Assembly: GCF_032191835.1 (NCBI RefSeq)
Contig: NC_083237.1
Location: 18,166,001 to 18,230,000, forward strand
DNA: 64,000 nucleotides
Reading direction: 5' to 3'
From: Heteronotia binoei
Taxonomy: Eukaryota
Shown here piece by piece: positions 11,026-22,487 of this stretch (position 1 is the first letter of the stretch; each line of letters opens with the position of its first letter). The notes beneath the pieces were generated by a model, which worked only from the letters and a program-made list of their open reading frames with translations, did no database searches and was not told where the DNA came from. Position numbers and translations under genes: made by a program.

Positions 11026-12403
11026 TTCTCTCTCATTTTATCGTCACAACCATCCTGTAAGGTAGGCTAGGCTGAGAGACAGTTATTAGCCTGAAGTCAC
11101 CCAGGGAGCTTCATGGCAGAGCAGGGTGAACCATACCTGATTCTGACACAAACTCTACATCATACTGTGTTGAGTCCTTTCTCGCCTATCTGCCTCTGAT
11201 GTCAGGAGATTTTAATCACTGTCTGAGAGGAGTCTCAGAACTGGGCCATTTGCTTTCATTCAGACTAATGGCCTGTGGGCAGGTCAGTTGCCACAGAGAT
11301 GTGTGGTGAGGCCTAGGTGCAAAAGGGTTTGGAAGCTTTGGTGGAAATGTGGGCAGAAAGTCCAGCACAGCTGCCTTAAGAGATGTATTTCACTGGCTTT
11401 CCCTGTCCTTCTTTCCCCATTCACCTCCTTATTACAGATCTCATCCCCTGTGACTTTGATCCATCGTGCAGGTGTCATGATCCTTAGCATAGCCATTTTG
11501 GGTGGTTACGGGTGTCTCTTCCTCCTTTCTTCATCAGCAGAAAAGTTGATGAGATACAAATTCAATTCTAGACCCAGGGGTTCCACCTCTCCCGCTTGGA
11601 GTCATCAATACTCATGACAACAAAAGACTTGTTAACTGTTTATTCTTCAGTAAGGGAAATTAGTCTCTGAGGAGATCCTGTTTTGATAGGAAGAAGAACT
11701 ACCCTCCACAGACAAGTTCTCAAGGGTCCTGTATTTCTTGTAATTTTAAGAAGTCTGTTAAGGAACTCTAAAATGGCTTGCAAAAAACCAGATATGAGCA
11801 CCATAGCAATTTACAATCTGACCTTCCCAAAGCTGTCTTCTCTATCCTCTAACAAGACTACATTTAAGCTCAGAGTAAGACACACACACACCAGATTTCA
11901 TCACTAGGTTATGTCCTGAGTTGGTTAGAGAGCACTTCGCCTTGTACCAAAGAGGCACAGAAATGTGGATGATTACCAAAGCAAGAGGGGCCGAGATAAG
12001 AAACTCAGAGGAAAGTTTCTTAGAGTGTCATTTCTGAAGAACAGATGGAAAGGTCGTGCAGCATTCTGCATTCCCAGGACACAACAGATGGTTTCACACC
12101 ACCTTACGCTGGTGTTCTGTAGTTACTTAACCTGCTATCCAGAACCTTGCAAGAGAACCTTGGGGTCAATTTTTAGCCGTCTGCCTAGTGTTAGCTAATA
12201 TTTTGGCAAATAATTCTGAACTTTATTAGCCTCATGTCGACCCAACGGGCACTTTGCTAGCAAGTGCAAGTTGGAGATAACACTGATACATTGAGATGGA
12301 ATTTCATTCTTATTTTGGATCGTGGTTTTTAGGGAAACAAAGAAGACCATGCAGGATTCAAGTCTGGTCTAAGTCATACCAGCTATTAGTAAGGACTCAC
12401 AGT

Positions 12404-12619
12404 CAATGTTTTCTCTAAGCTGCAGAGTTCTGTGAGCAAAAATCCTACTTTGTGGGCTACTGGCATTAAAGTCGTGAGCTACTGACTTTAAAGTTGTGAG
12501 CTACTGCATAAATTAGTGTGCTCTGGGGCCATTTTTCCTAAGCTAAGACAAAAATGTGTGAGCTGGAGGCTAAAAACCTGTGAGTTACCTCATGATAACT
12601 CAGCTTAGGGAGAACAATG
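12404..12619. mobile_element. hAT MITE (cagtgttccctctaagctg family)
   Basis: TIR caatgttttctctaagctg / cagcttagggagaacaatg; perfect 8-bp TSD ctcacagt (12396-12403, 12620-12627). Paralog 31797-32012. Confidence 0.85.
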
Positions 12620-14061
12620 CTCACAGTCCATCCAAACCTCATTGAGTTTTGAAATATATTAATCATTCACCACCCTGTTTGCATGTGCTAACAAAATGAT
12701 CGGTTCACAAATGACTGCTCTAATGCAGCAATAGTGTGATAGCTATTAATGTGTGACCGCAAACTTAGAAAACATATAGACAATGATTATACTCCCAAGC
12801 TGGCTTCCTTCTCATGCAAAGGCTATTTTTACATACAGTGGTGCGTCCTTCAACAAACACCTGCATGCTCTATGTGGCATATAAGCCACGCCATATCTGC
12901 AGATGTTTTATCCATTCTGAACATCCGAGGGAGCACCTTTGGTTTACCATTGAATGCTGGAAGACCAGCGTTGCCGCAGATCAATTCTGTGCCCCAGATT
13001 GAACTGGCCAGTCAGACCACAGCAAAGGAAACCTTTCTGCTGGATAAATCGATGCTTTGGTTCTGACTTGAGGTAAAGAAAATGGGAATGAGTACCCGGG
13101 CAAAGGAGGCTGAGGTAGGAACCACAGCAGTATGGGTGTGAATGGCACCAGCTTCTAGGAAAAAGGTGAGTTTCCCCAAACCAATCTTGATATTCTTTAT
13201 AAAATTATAGCCAGAGAGAGAAAGGGTGGGGGGGGGACTGAAAGAACGGATCACGCATAGCATCATACACTGTCAGTCACATTTCATTTCTGATCTTTCC
13301 TGGTTACTTTGACTCACTTGATCATCATTCCAAAGAATTGCTGTGTGTTAAATTCTTGCAAAAGGAGGAAGGTGCAGCTTGAGAATGGGAGTAGGGCGCA
13401 AAGAACAGCCATGTGAAGAAGCCTGAGGGCCAAAGCAGATGGGGTCCTTAGAGAAGAAAACAAGGCGTGGGTGCTTGTATGTCAGTGCTAAATGTCTCTG
13501 AGCCAAGATAGGGAAGCTGAAGTTGGCACCGAATGACAATATAGATACAGTGGGCATTTCAGAAAACTGGAGGAAAAGGGAAAGTCAATCGAACACCATT
13601 ATTCATGGATAGTCTACAGAGAGGACAGGAAGGAACATATTTGTGTGGTGTTCTTCTGCATCTAATTTTCAACATATACTCACACATCCTCCTTTTTTCA
13701 CACTCACAATTAGTCAACAGTTGGCTAGCTGGTTTGACTGAGACATAGGATGAGATGAACTACTGGTTTGTTGTACCCAAGAATTTTTTAGATTTTTTTT
13801 AAAAAAAGTATGCCCTTTTCCCAATTTTAGTGATTACTGGATTTATATTTTGTATATTTGGTTATTTCTAATAGACCAGTCTTTTTAAATTGAAGAACTC
13901 TGTATGCAGCTGTTCTACAACTATGCAATGTATATCCTCTTCAATTATTGTATTATCTTTTGCACAATCTTAATAAATAATTTAAAGAAAAAATTTAAAA
14001 GAAGGAACAAGAAGTAATGGTTGTGTCCAAAGGGGAGAATATTGCAATACTGCATGACTTC

Positions 14062-14314
14062 AGAGAATCAGTTTGGTGTAATGGTTAAGTGTGCAGTCTC
14101 TTATCTGAGAGAACCAGGTTTGATTCCCCATTCCTCCACTTGCAGCTGCTGGAATGGCCTTGGGTCAGCCATAGCTCTCGTAGGAGTTGTCCTTCTGTCA
14201 GAGATCTCTCAGCCCACCTACCTCACAGGGTGTTTGTTGTGGCGGAGGAAGGTAAATGGGATTGTGAGCCGCTCTGAGACTCTGAGTGGAGGGTGGAATA
14301 TAAATCCAATGTCT

Positions 14315-14346
<32 letters not shown>

Positions 14347-14404
14347 TTCTTCTTCTTCTTCTTCTTCTTCTTCTTCTTCTTCTTCTTCTTCTTCTTCTTC
14401 TTCT
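14062..14404 (+). mobile_element. Squam3-like SINE with expanded compound (TCG)n(TCT)n tail (14311-14404)
   Basis: SINE head and body followed by ~94 bp of trinucleotide repeat; the paralog at 34311-34586 has a short tail. Confidence 0.88.
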
Positions 14405-14429
14405 GCTATTCTCTCATTGATTGGTGCAA

Positions 14430-14800
14430 ACATGTGCTCAGGTATTGCCATAGAAGCAAGCTTTTTAGTTATAAATTACTGTGCCCTGGAGCAGTTCATC
14501 AAAGAGCCAACTAGAGATGTAGCAAATCTGAACTTGAAGGGGGGCTGGAGATCTGGTGCCAGATGTCAATGTTGGTGCACCAGCTGGGAACACTGGCCAC
14601 AATGCTATTAACTTCAGCATTCAGATCAATGAGATAGCAGAGAAACCAAATGAACTCTCCACAGCTGTATTCAGTGTGTATTCAGGATCTGGAGCACATA
14701 TCGAGGCCAGAGCCACTGTTTTTCTTAAGGATTTCTGAGGAACTGAGTCAAATTGAGGTAACAAAAGATGACATTCTAGGACTACTAGGCAAACTTAAAA
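14430..14800 (+). mobile_element. Decayed CR1 ORF2 internal fragment (endonuclease-RT linker)
   Basis: Frames give CALEQFIKEPTR, GNTGHNAINFSI, EELSQIEVTKDDILGLLGKLKT. The longer paralog 34610-35410 keeps ~450 bp deleted in copy A. Confidence 0.75.
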
Positions 14801-14955
14801 CTAAGTCTTCTGGTCCAGTGTCTCAACCTAGCCTACTTAAAGGCACTGTTGTGAGGATAAAATGGAGAGAAGAACTCTACAATCTACACAAAGTTGTGTG
14901 GGTGGGCTAAACAGGTGGTAGACAGACTAGTGACATCCGTATTATTTGATTCCAG

Positions 14956-15894
14956 ATGGAGTTGGCCAATGGGACTGGAGTGCAGGAATTCATTCTGATG
15001 AGCTTTGGTGGTGGACAACAGAAGCGGCTCCTGCTCCTTGTCTTTTTCACCATTCTCTATGTGCTCACATTGGCTGAGAACATCACCATCATTACACTGG
15101 TGTTTTTAGATATCCACTTGTCCCGGCAGCCCATGTACAACTTGCTGAGCAACTTCTCCTGGCTAGAGATTTGTTATGTGAGTGCCACAGTGCCCCGGAT
15201 GCTTTATGACCTGACGTTCCCTCATGGGATCATCACTTTCCGCTCCTGCTTCCTTCACTTCTACGTCTTCTTCTCACTGGGCACCACTGAATGCTTCTTC
15301 CTCTCAGCCATGGCCTTGGATCGGTACTTGGCTATCTGCCACCCTCTGCAATACCCACAAATTATGTCCCAAGACTTCTGCTGTTCTCTAATGGTCCTTT
15401 GTTGGATCCTTGGCTTTCTGTGGCACATTTTCCCAGTGATTTTGATCTCCAGGTTGTCCTTCTGTGGCCCCAATGTCATTGACCATCTCTTGTGTGATCC
15501 TGGACCAATTCTATCCTTGGCCTGCCCGCCACTAGGAATCGCCCCCAAAGTCTGTGAGATTTTTATGAATGTGGGGATTTTAGGTAATGCTTTCTTCGTT
15601 GTGCTGTCCTATAGTGTTGTGATTCTGACCCTACTGAAAGCTTCCTTCCAAGGCAGTCGAAGGAAGGCCTTCTCTACTATATCTTTCCACGTACTGGTGG
15701 TGACACTTTTCTATGGCTCAGTGGCAGCGGTGTATTTAACTCCAGCTGGAGAGAGTTTTTCAGAGTTGACTAAAGCAGTGACTGTTTTCTACACAGCTGT
15801 TACACCTTTTCTCAACCCCTTGATCTATTGTTTGAGGAATGATCAGGTGAAGGAGGCATTCCACAGGCTGCTGAGAAGAATGACATCAGTGTAA
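14956..15894 (+). CDS. Olfactory receptor, class II (family-11-like), intact, 312 aa
   Basis: Single-exon ORF with N-glycosylation site NGT, PMY, MALDRYLAICHPLQY, HLLCD, KAFSTISFH, PFLNPLIYCLRN. Acceptor ttccag lies immediately before the ATG. Confidence 0.97.
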   Translation: MELANGTGVQEFILMSFGGGQQKRLLLLVFFTILYVLTLAENITIITLVFLDIHLSRQPMYNLLSNFSWLEICYVSATVPRMLYDLTFPHGIITFRSCFLHFYVFFSLGTTECFFLSAMALDRYLAICHPLQYPQIMSQDFCCSLMVLCWILGFLWHIFPVILISRLSFCGPNVIDHLLCDPGPILSLACPPLGIAPKVCEIFMNVGILGNAFFVVLSYSVVILTLLKASFQGSRRKAFSTISFHVLVVTLFYGSVAAVYLTPAGESFSELTKAVTVFYTAVTPFLNPLIYCLRNDQVKEAFHRLLRRMTSV

Positions 15895-16649
15895 GATTGC
15901 AGAAGCAAAGGAGGAGGAAAAACAAAACATTCAACTGACCAGGCTAAAAGACAGAATGCATATATTCACCAGACCTCGGATTCAGTGGGCGCTCACAGGA
16001 GCACAGTTCCTGAACCTTTCTGAGAGTTTCACCTCCTCCTTCCCACCTTGTCCATTGAATAGTAGGTGCAGCTGCATAACAATCCTGGATGAGCTCCATC
16101 ACCTATTTTTCTACAAAATGACCCCTGATATTCACTATTGGTCAAGAGAGGCATGTCTTAACCTTTCATTTGTGTTTTGCATTGCCCAATCAGGGTGCAG
16201 AAAAATTAAGCTAGGATTAGGGGGAGTTCAGCTGTAGAGACAACCTGCCACTAGAACAAAGTTTTCTTCTCCCTTTGAAAATGAATTGCAGGTGGTTGCT
16301 TTTAAAAAAAGAGAGGTATGGTTCTCCTGCAGTTTTTTGGGAGCTAAAGAAAGAGCCAAAGAATCTGGGTTCTAGGTCTTCATGTTGATAGAGCCTGCGT
16401 CAACTCTTATCTGGCAGTAGAGAATTATGGTCAAAATTCTGTTCAAGCAAATTAACTTTATGCCTTAGAATTTCCTAAATATCTCAGCATTTACTTTGGT
16501 CTGTTTCAACATTCTGCTTTCAGCTCAGGTGCAATGCAAATATTTAGGTATCCCTTATTTCTACTGTTTTGTGTTTTTGCTAACCAAATACTATGGAAGC
16601 AATTGAATATGTATGGAATTCACTGAGTGCAATTTAATATGAATGGAAT

Positions 16650-16942
16650 GCACTGCCACTTGAGGTGGTGATGGCTGCCAGCATAGACAGCTTCAAGAGG
16701 GGATTGGATAAGCATATGGAGAAGAGGTCAATCAGTGGCTATTACCACAGCATATTGTTCGTACTTTCTGTCTGGGGTATTCTTGGTGCGGGGGGGGGGG
16801 CATAGTGAGAGGGCTTCCAGTGTCCTGGCCCCATTGATGGACTTCCTGATGGCGCCTGGTTTTCTTGGCCACTGTGTGACTACAAAGTGTTGGACTGGGT
16901 GCGCCATTGGCCTGATTCAACATGGCTTCTCTTATGTTCTTA
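16650..16942 (+). mobile_element. CR1 3' end fragment
   Basis: cactgccacttgaggtggtgatggc...caacatggcttctcttatgttctt. Paralog 38612-38902. Confidence 0.8.
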
Positions 16943-17714
16943 CTTCATGGTTCGTTTTATTAGGATATTTGTTCCCTGTATATTATCCAAATTTTATCTA
17001 CGTTTCCAGGAAAATCTGATAAATTTTATATGTCCACTCTCCTTGTAGATTACCTTAATTAAATCATACTTAAGGTAGCCACATTTTGCACTTTAGCTCA
17101 GATGATGAGGAAACAGATGTTTCAATTCTTTCATTAACTGCCTTGCATTACTAACACTGGCGCTTAACAGGGTTATTGGTTTTATATGCTGTTATCTAAT
17201 TTAGCTTGTACTCTTAGGTTGGCTGACCTTGGATCATAATAAATAAAACAAAATGAAATCTTCTGCTTGCTTAAGAAATAAAATATAACTGTTTCTTCTT
17301 TTATGTGGCAACCTCAATTGTGTGATTTTTGTAGGCTCTATGAAATGCAATTAAAAACTTAGTTACAAAGATCAAATGCTATTGATTTTAAATTAGACCA
17401 TGATTGTAGACACTGTGTGCATACAGACGTACACATGCGTACTTGAACCAGGGCAAAACTTCCCCTTCCCTGCACTATTTCGGCATGAAAAACATTTTAG
17501 ATATTTCATCACCTTTAAGATATATCACATTAACATTGTTTTATTTTTTTTTAAAAAAAAAACCTTAAGTTTTATGTTTGATCTTGTCCTCAGAGCAAAA
17601 GAGAAAGAGCTCATTCCAGAAAAATATCCAAAGCAAACATTCTGATTAATACAACTCCCTCCCCCCCCCCCCAGTGACATTAACCAGAAAATGACAAATA
17701 CAACAAACTGGTTG

Positions 17715-17930
17715 ATAGGTAGTGTGACGTAGTGGTGAAATTGTTGGACAAAGAGTGATGAGACCTGAGTTCAAGTCTCTCTGCTGCCACGCTATTCACT
17801 GCATGACCTTGGGTAAGTTACCTTCTTTTGCTCTAATTTTCCTTATAGGTTATTGTGAAGATCAAATAGAGGAGAGATGAAAGTTGTATGCCACTCTGAG
17901 CTCCTTAAGGGAAACGTGGGCTACAAATTG
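17715..17930 (+). mobile_element. Old MIR/CORE-like SINE
   Basis: gtgacgtagtggtg..agacctgagttcaagtc..gaccttgggtaagtta..ttgtgaagatcaaat. Paralog ~39660-39830. Confidence 0.6.
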
Positions 17931-19404
17931 GGCAAAACCAGAAGTGATCTCATCACGTCAGAGTAATGTTCCTAGAGTGTAACACTAATGTACTGACATC
18001 ACTTCTGGTTTTGTGTCAGAAGTAACATCATGTATCAGCCTGATGCTGAATTCCACCCCCTCCCCAATTTCCATTCACCAGCCTGTCAAGGAGTGGTAGG
18101 AAAGGGGATCCAGGCCAGGTGGTCTCCAAATATAGTGGGAGACCTGCCCTGCAATGACTACCCCCACTGCAACAGAGCTCATTCTCCCACCCACATTCAC
18201 CTATTGTGTTTATAATCTGTAGCACTGATGAAATCGGAGTCCAGAATTTCCCAGGGAGAGGAGAAGAAGAAAGCAGTGTGTACTGCTGTGTACAGGGCTG
18301 GTATCATATATCTAAATCTGAACTAGAGAGTCATAGAGTGTGGATCAAGAAATGTACAAAATGGGCTAGGGACAAATGGGGGGAGGGGATTTCTCTACAA
18401 CCTGAAGGAAGTCCCAAGTTTGAAGGGGGAGAACGCCTTGAATTCTAAGAAAAGATACATCGTAAATCAAAAAAACTAAAACTCCCTAAAATAACAGAAA
18501 CAGTGCCTGGAGCTCTAAGAAAAGAATGCCTACTGAGCTCTCAGTCACCATGTTGGAGATTGCCAGGCAACCACAACAATACTGTTGAGCCCTCAAAGTC
18601 TTGGTTTTTGTAAAGCATAACCATGGGGGTTGCAACCCCGGTAGCCACTGTGCAACTTGGCCTTCCTCTGTGGCCATCATGCAGCTGGGCCCAGTCACAG
18701 CAGGGTGTGCACCATGCAGCTGGGTCAGACTTTTCCTGGGGCGAGACTACCAAGAGGAGGAAAGGAGGGAAAGTTGAAGTCCGGGGAGCCAATGAAGGTA
18801 GATTGGCTGGTGGGTTGGAAAAAAGAGAAGGAACCACAAATCTTTGCAGGTCCCCCACTTCTTTGATTCTAAACAGCACAGTGGGGTGGGACTACGGTTG
18901 CCAGGTCCTACATGGCTGCCATGGTGGGGGGTGGATCCTGGGTCCTCTCCAGGATCTTCTGCTGTGTGTGCTTTGTGTGCATGGTACAATGACATTGCCC
19001 AGAATTGATGTTATCACTTTGGGGGTGATGCTCTAGTTTCTGGTCAAAACTCTATGGTTTGTAGCCAAATTTGCCATAGAATTTCCCCCAAAAAACTAGA
19101 GCATTGTCATGTGACATTGGTGACATGATGATATCACTTCCCGGCATTGTCATCATATCACCTTTTGGGAGAGTTGGGGGCAGGATTTCCCCCCTGCCAG
19201 CCTGCTGGCTGATGATTGAGAACCGCCACCACAAAGGCAGGAGTTCCCTTGTCCCCAGCGGTGACCATAGGTGGGATGGCATCTAGACTGAGCCAATAAT
19301 CCTGAGGGAAAAGAAGATCAGTTCTTTCTCACCACAAATAAACAATTTTCCATGGAAGATGGACAAATATCTCATATATCCCACTGTGACTGTGTTAATT
19401 AAGA

Positions 19405-19665
19405 ACATCAGAGAAGCCATGTTGGATCAGGCCAATGACCCATCCATTCCAACACAGTGGCCAAAAAAAACAAGTGCCATCAGGAGGTTCCATCAGTGGG
19501 GCCAGGACACTAGAAGCCCTCTAACTGTGCCCCCCCTTCCAATCACAAAGAATATAGAGCATCACTGCCCCAGACAGAGAGTTCCAACAATAAGCTGTGG
19601 CTAATAGCCACTGATGGACCTCTGCTCCATATGCTTATCCAATTCCCTCTTGAAGCTGACTGTTT
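19405..19665 (-). mobile_element. CR1 3' end fragment
   Basis: aagaacatcagagaagccatgttggatcaggcc...ccctcttgaagctg. The longer paralog is at 42992-43345. Confidence 0.8.
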
Positions 19666-19974
19666 TCATTTTATCCATAATCCCACCACCCTATGGTTGA
19701 AGGGATTGAGAAATGAAATAAAAATGAGCATAAATAAAGATTAGTATAAAGATTAGTATTGATAAATGAAATAAAGATTAGTAATATTTAGGGCAGTGGG
19801 GTCAAACGTGCAGCCCAAGGGCTGAATCAGGCCCCCAGAGCGCTGCTATCAGGCCCATGAACAAGTCTGTTTCCTTCTCCCTTTTTCTTGCTTCCTTCAG
19901 TTATCAAAGGCTGTTAAATAAAATATTCCAAGAGTGCTATAAATAAAACATAAAGCATGTTTTATTTAAAGTTT

Positions 19975-20293
19975 TGCTGTATATGTGATCGGTTATACGT
20001 ATAACGTATGGTGTTCTTGCCTGGCTCACTGGAGCCTGTAGGACTGAGCTTGGGGACTCGGGACCAATAGGCAGCAGGATTCAAATCCCTGCTGCCCTGC
20101 TCCAATCACGGCCCCCCTGCTGGTTTGAATGTCCCAATAGCAGGCTAGCGTGGGAACCTTGAGTGTATATATAGTTGACCCTGTTGGCCCAGTTTTCTGT
20201 CTTAGAGCACAGCCTATACAATGCTGTGATAATAATAAGAGCTATGATCACTACCACCTCACCTCATCATTGTGTTGAACCCACTCTATTATA
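19975..20293 (+). mobile_element. Putative solo LTR
   Basis: Begins TG and ends tata (degenerate TACA); flanked by agttt / agttt (19970-19974, 20294-20298); three CCAAT boxes followed by tatatatag. Paralog 44361-44679. Confidence 0.4.
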
Positions 20294-20489
20294 AGTTTAA
20301 AAAAAAAAAAAAGCTTTGTCTTTGTCTGTGTCCATTATAAAGTTTATGTCTCTTCTACTTTGCGTTACATTTTATGACACACATGGCCCGGCCCAACAAG
20401 CTCACATTTCTGTCAGATCCGACCCTCTTAACAAATGAATTCAACACCCCTGGTTTAGGGTTTGGTTTTTCCCCGTTTCTTCCTTTTTT

Positions 20490-21458
20490 TCACTTTGTCG
20501 CTTTGCTCCTCAGGAATTTCCCCCTTCTCTTCCACAGCCTTCCCAGTGCCTCCTTCACCTGATCGTTCCGCAGACAATAAATCATGGGGTTGAGAAAAGG
20601 TGTGACAGCCGTGTAGAAGACCGTGACCACTTTAGTGACCGCTGAGGAATTCTCTCCAACTGGAGCTAAGTACATCCCAGCCACAGAGCCATAGAAAAGG
20701 GTCACCACCAGCAGATGGAAAGAGATAGTGGAGAAGGACTTCTTAAAACTGCCTTGGAAGGACCTTTTTGTAACGGTTAGAATCACAGCACCATAAGACA
20801 GCGAAACAAATAAGACATTGCAAAAAACCAACGCATTCATAAACACTTTGCAGACACTGGGGACAATTCCTAGTGGAGGGCAGGCAAGAGACAAAATGGG
20901 CACAGGGTCACACAGGAAGTGGTTGATGATTTGGGGGCCACAGAAGGACAACCTGGAGATCAAAATCACAGGGATAAGATACCACAGGAAGCCAAGGATC
21001 CAACAAGCAGCCACCAGAATGTAGCAAGAATCTGGGGACATAATTTGTGGATAGCGCAGAGGATGGCAGATAGCCATGTACCTATCCAAGGCCATGGCTG
21101 ACAGGAAGAAGCATTCAGTGGTGCCAAGTGAGAAGAAGACATAGAACTGAAGGAAGCAGACGTGAAAGGAGATGATTCCTTGAGGAGATGTCAAATCAAA
21201 CAGCATTCGGGGTACTGTGGCACTCACGTAACAGATCTCCAGCCAGGAGAAGTTGCTCAGCAGGATGTACATGGGAAGCCGGGACAAGTGGGTGTCTAGA
21301 ACCACCAGTGTGATGATGGTGATGTTCTCAGCTAAAGTGAGCATGTACAGAACGGCAAAAAAGATGAGGAGCAGGAACCGCGCCTGTTGCGCAACTCCAA
21401 ACCCCAGCAAAATGAACTCCTTCACTGTGGTCCCATTGATCAAGAGGCCCAACTCCAT
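20490..21458 (-). CDS. Olfactory receptor, class II (family-11-like), intact, 322 aa
   Basis: NGT, PMY, MALDRYMAICHPLRY, NHFLCD, KSFSTISFH, PFLNPMIYCLRN; ttccag acceptor before the ATG. Confidence 0.97.
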   Translation of the reverse strand: MELGLLINGTTVKEFILLGFGVAQQARFLLLIFFAVLYMLTLAENITIITLVVLDTHLSRLPMYILLSNFSWLEICYVSATVPRMLFDLTSPQGIISFHVCFLQFYVFFSLGTTECFFLSAMALDRYMAICHPLRYPQIMSPDSCYILVAACWILGFLWYLIPVILISRLSFCGPQIINHFLCDPVPILSLACPPLGIVPSVCKVFMNALVFCNVLFVSLSYGAVILTVTKRSFQGSFKKSFSTISFHLLVVTLFYGSVAGMYLAPVGENSSAVTKVVTVFYTAVTPFLNPMIYCLRNDQVKEALGRLWKRRGKFLRSKATK

Positions 21459-21609
21459 CTGGAATCAGAAAAGAACAATGTCTTTTTCCAGGACTTTTTT
21501 TTTTGTAGAAAAAGCACAGTGGGAACTCATTTGCATATTAGGACACACACCCCGATGTCACCATTGTTTCACACAGGGCTTTTTGGTAGAAAAAGCCCAG
21601 CAGGAACTA

Positions 21610-22219
21610 CCGTATTTTTCGGTCCATAAGGCGCTCTGGACCATAGGACGCACCTTCCTCCTGGGGGGTGATCCGCTGCCTCCGCCTCCAATCCCGGCGC
21701 TTCCCCCGTGCCTGCCTGCCTGGCTCCAGCTCTGCTTCCAGCAAGCACTGGGATCGCTCCACGCTGCCCCCACCGCAAACCCAGCGCTTCGCGAGTGATG
21801 GCTGCGGAGGGGGCAGAGTGCTTCCTCCGTGCCTGTCTGCCTGGCTCCAGCTCTGACGCTTACAGCAAGCGCCAGGATTGCTCCCTCCGCCCTCCGATCC
21901 CGGCGCTTTCTTTAAGCATCAGAGCTGGAGCCAGGCAGACAGGCACGGAGGAAGCACGTTGCCCCCTCCGCAGCCGGATCTCGCGAAGTGCTGGGTTTGC
22001 AGTGGGGGCAGTGTGGAGCGATCCCAGCACTTGCTGGAAGCAGAGCTGGAGCCAGGCAGGCAGGCGCGGGGGAAGCGCCGGGATCGGAGGCGAAGGCAGC
22101 GGATTGCCCCCCCCCAGAGGAAGGTACGACCTATCGTCCCTTCGCTCCATAAGACGCACACACTTTCCCCCACACTTTTTTTGGGGGGGAAAGTGAGTCT
22201 TATGGTCCAAAAAATACGG
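21610..22219. mobile_element. Tc1/mariner Tc2-like (CCGTATTT termini) non-autonomous transposon, nearly fully palindromic, GC/CpG-rich
   Basis: TIR ccgtatttttcggtccataag / cttatggtccaaaaaatacgg; TA TSD on both sides. The paralogous empty site is aacTAatttgcat at ~45977-45990. Confidence 0.85.
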
Positions 22220-22487
22220 TAATTTGCATATTATGCCACACCCCCGGACACCATGCAAGCAGGAATGGTGTTCCTATGCATTCCTGCTCAAAAAAGCCCT
22301 GTCTTTTTCAAATACGAAAAGCAGTTACTACTACCTGTTGATCTTTTCTGCTTAAAAGTAGAAAAGTGATGGGAAATACACGTTAAATTCAGAGGTTTGG
22401 AGTGGCAAGTGAGGGGGGCTGTATAAGACGACCCCCCAACATTTCCACTCAAAATATTTGTAGAAGACTCCCTTTATGCCCTGGAGA

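Noticed and set aside
14021-14611. 196-aa poly-Ser ORF, and similar poly-S/E/K/M ORFs at 10197, 14218, 24905 and 24960
   Set aside because: These are read-throughs of SINE bodies and (CTT)n tails, which lack stop codons.
21253-22258. Several 110-180 aa overlapping ORFs upstream of the OR
   Set aside because: They are antisense OR frames plus a GC-rich palindromic transposon with few stop codons.
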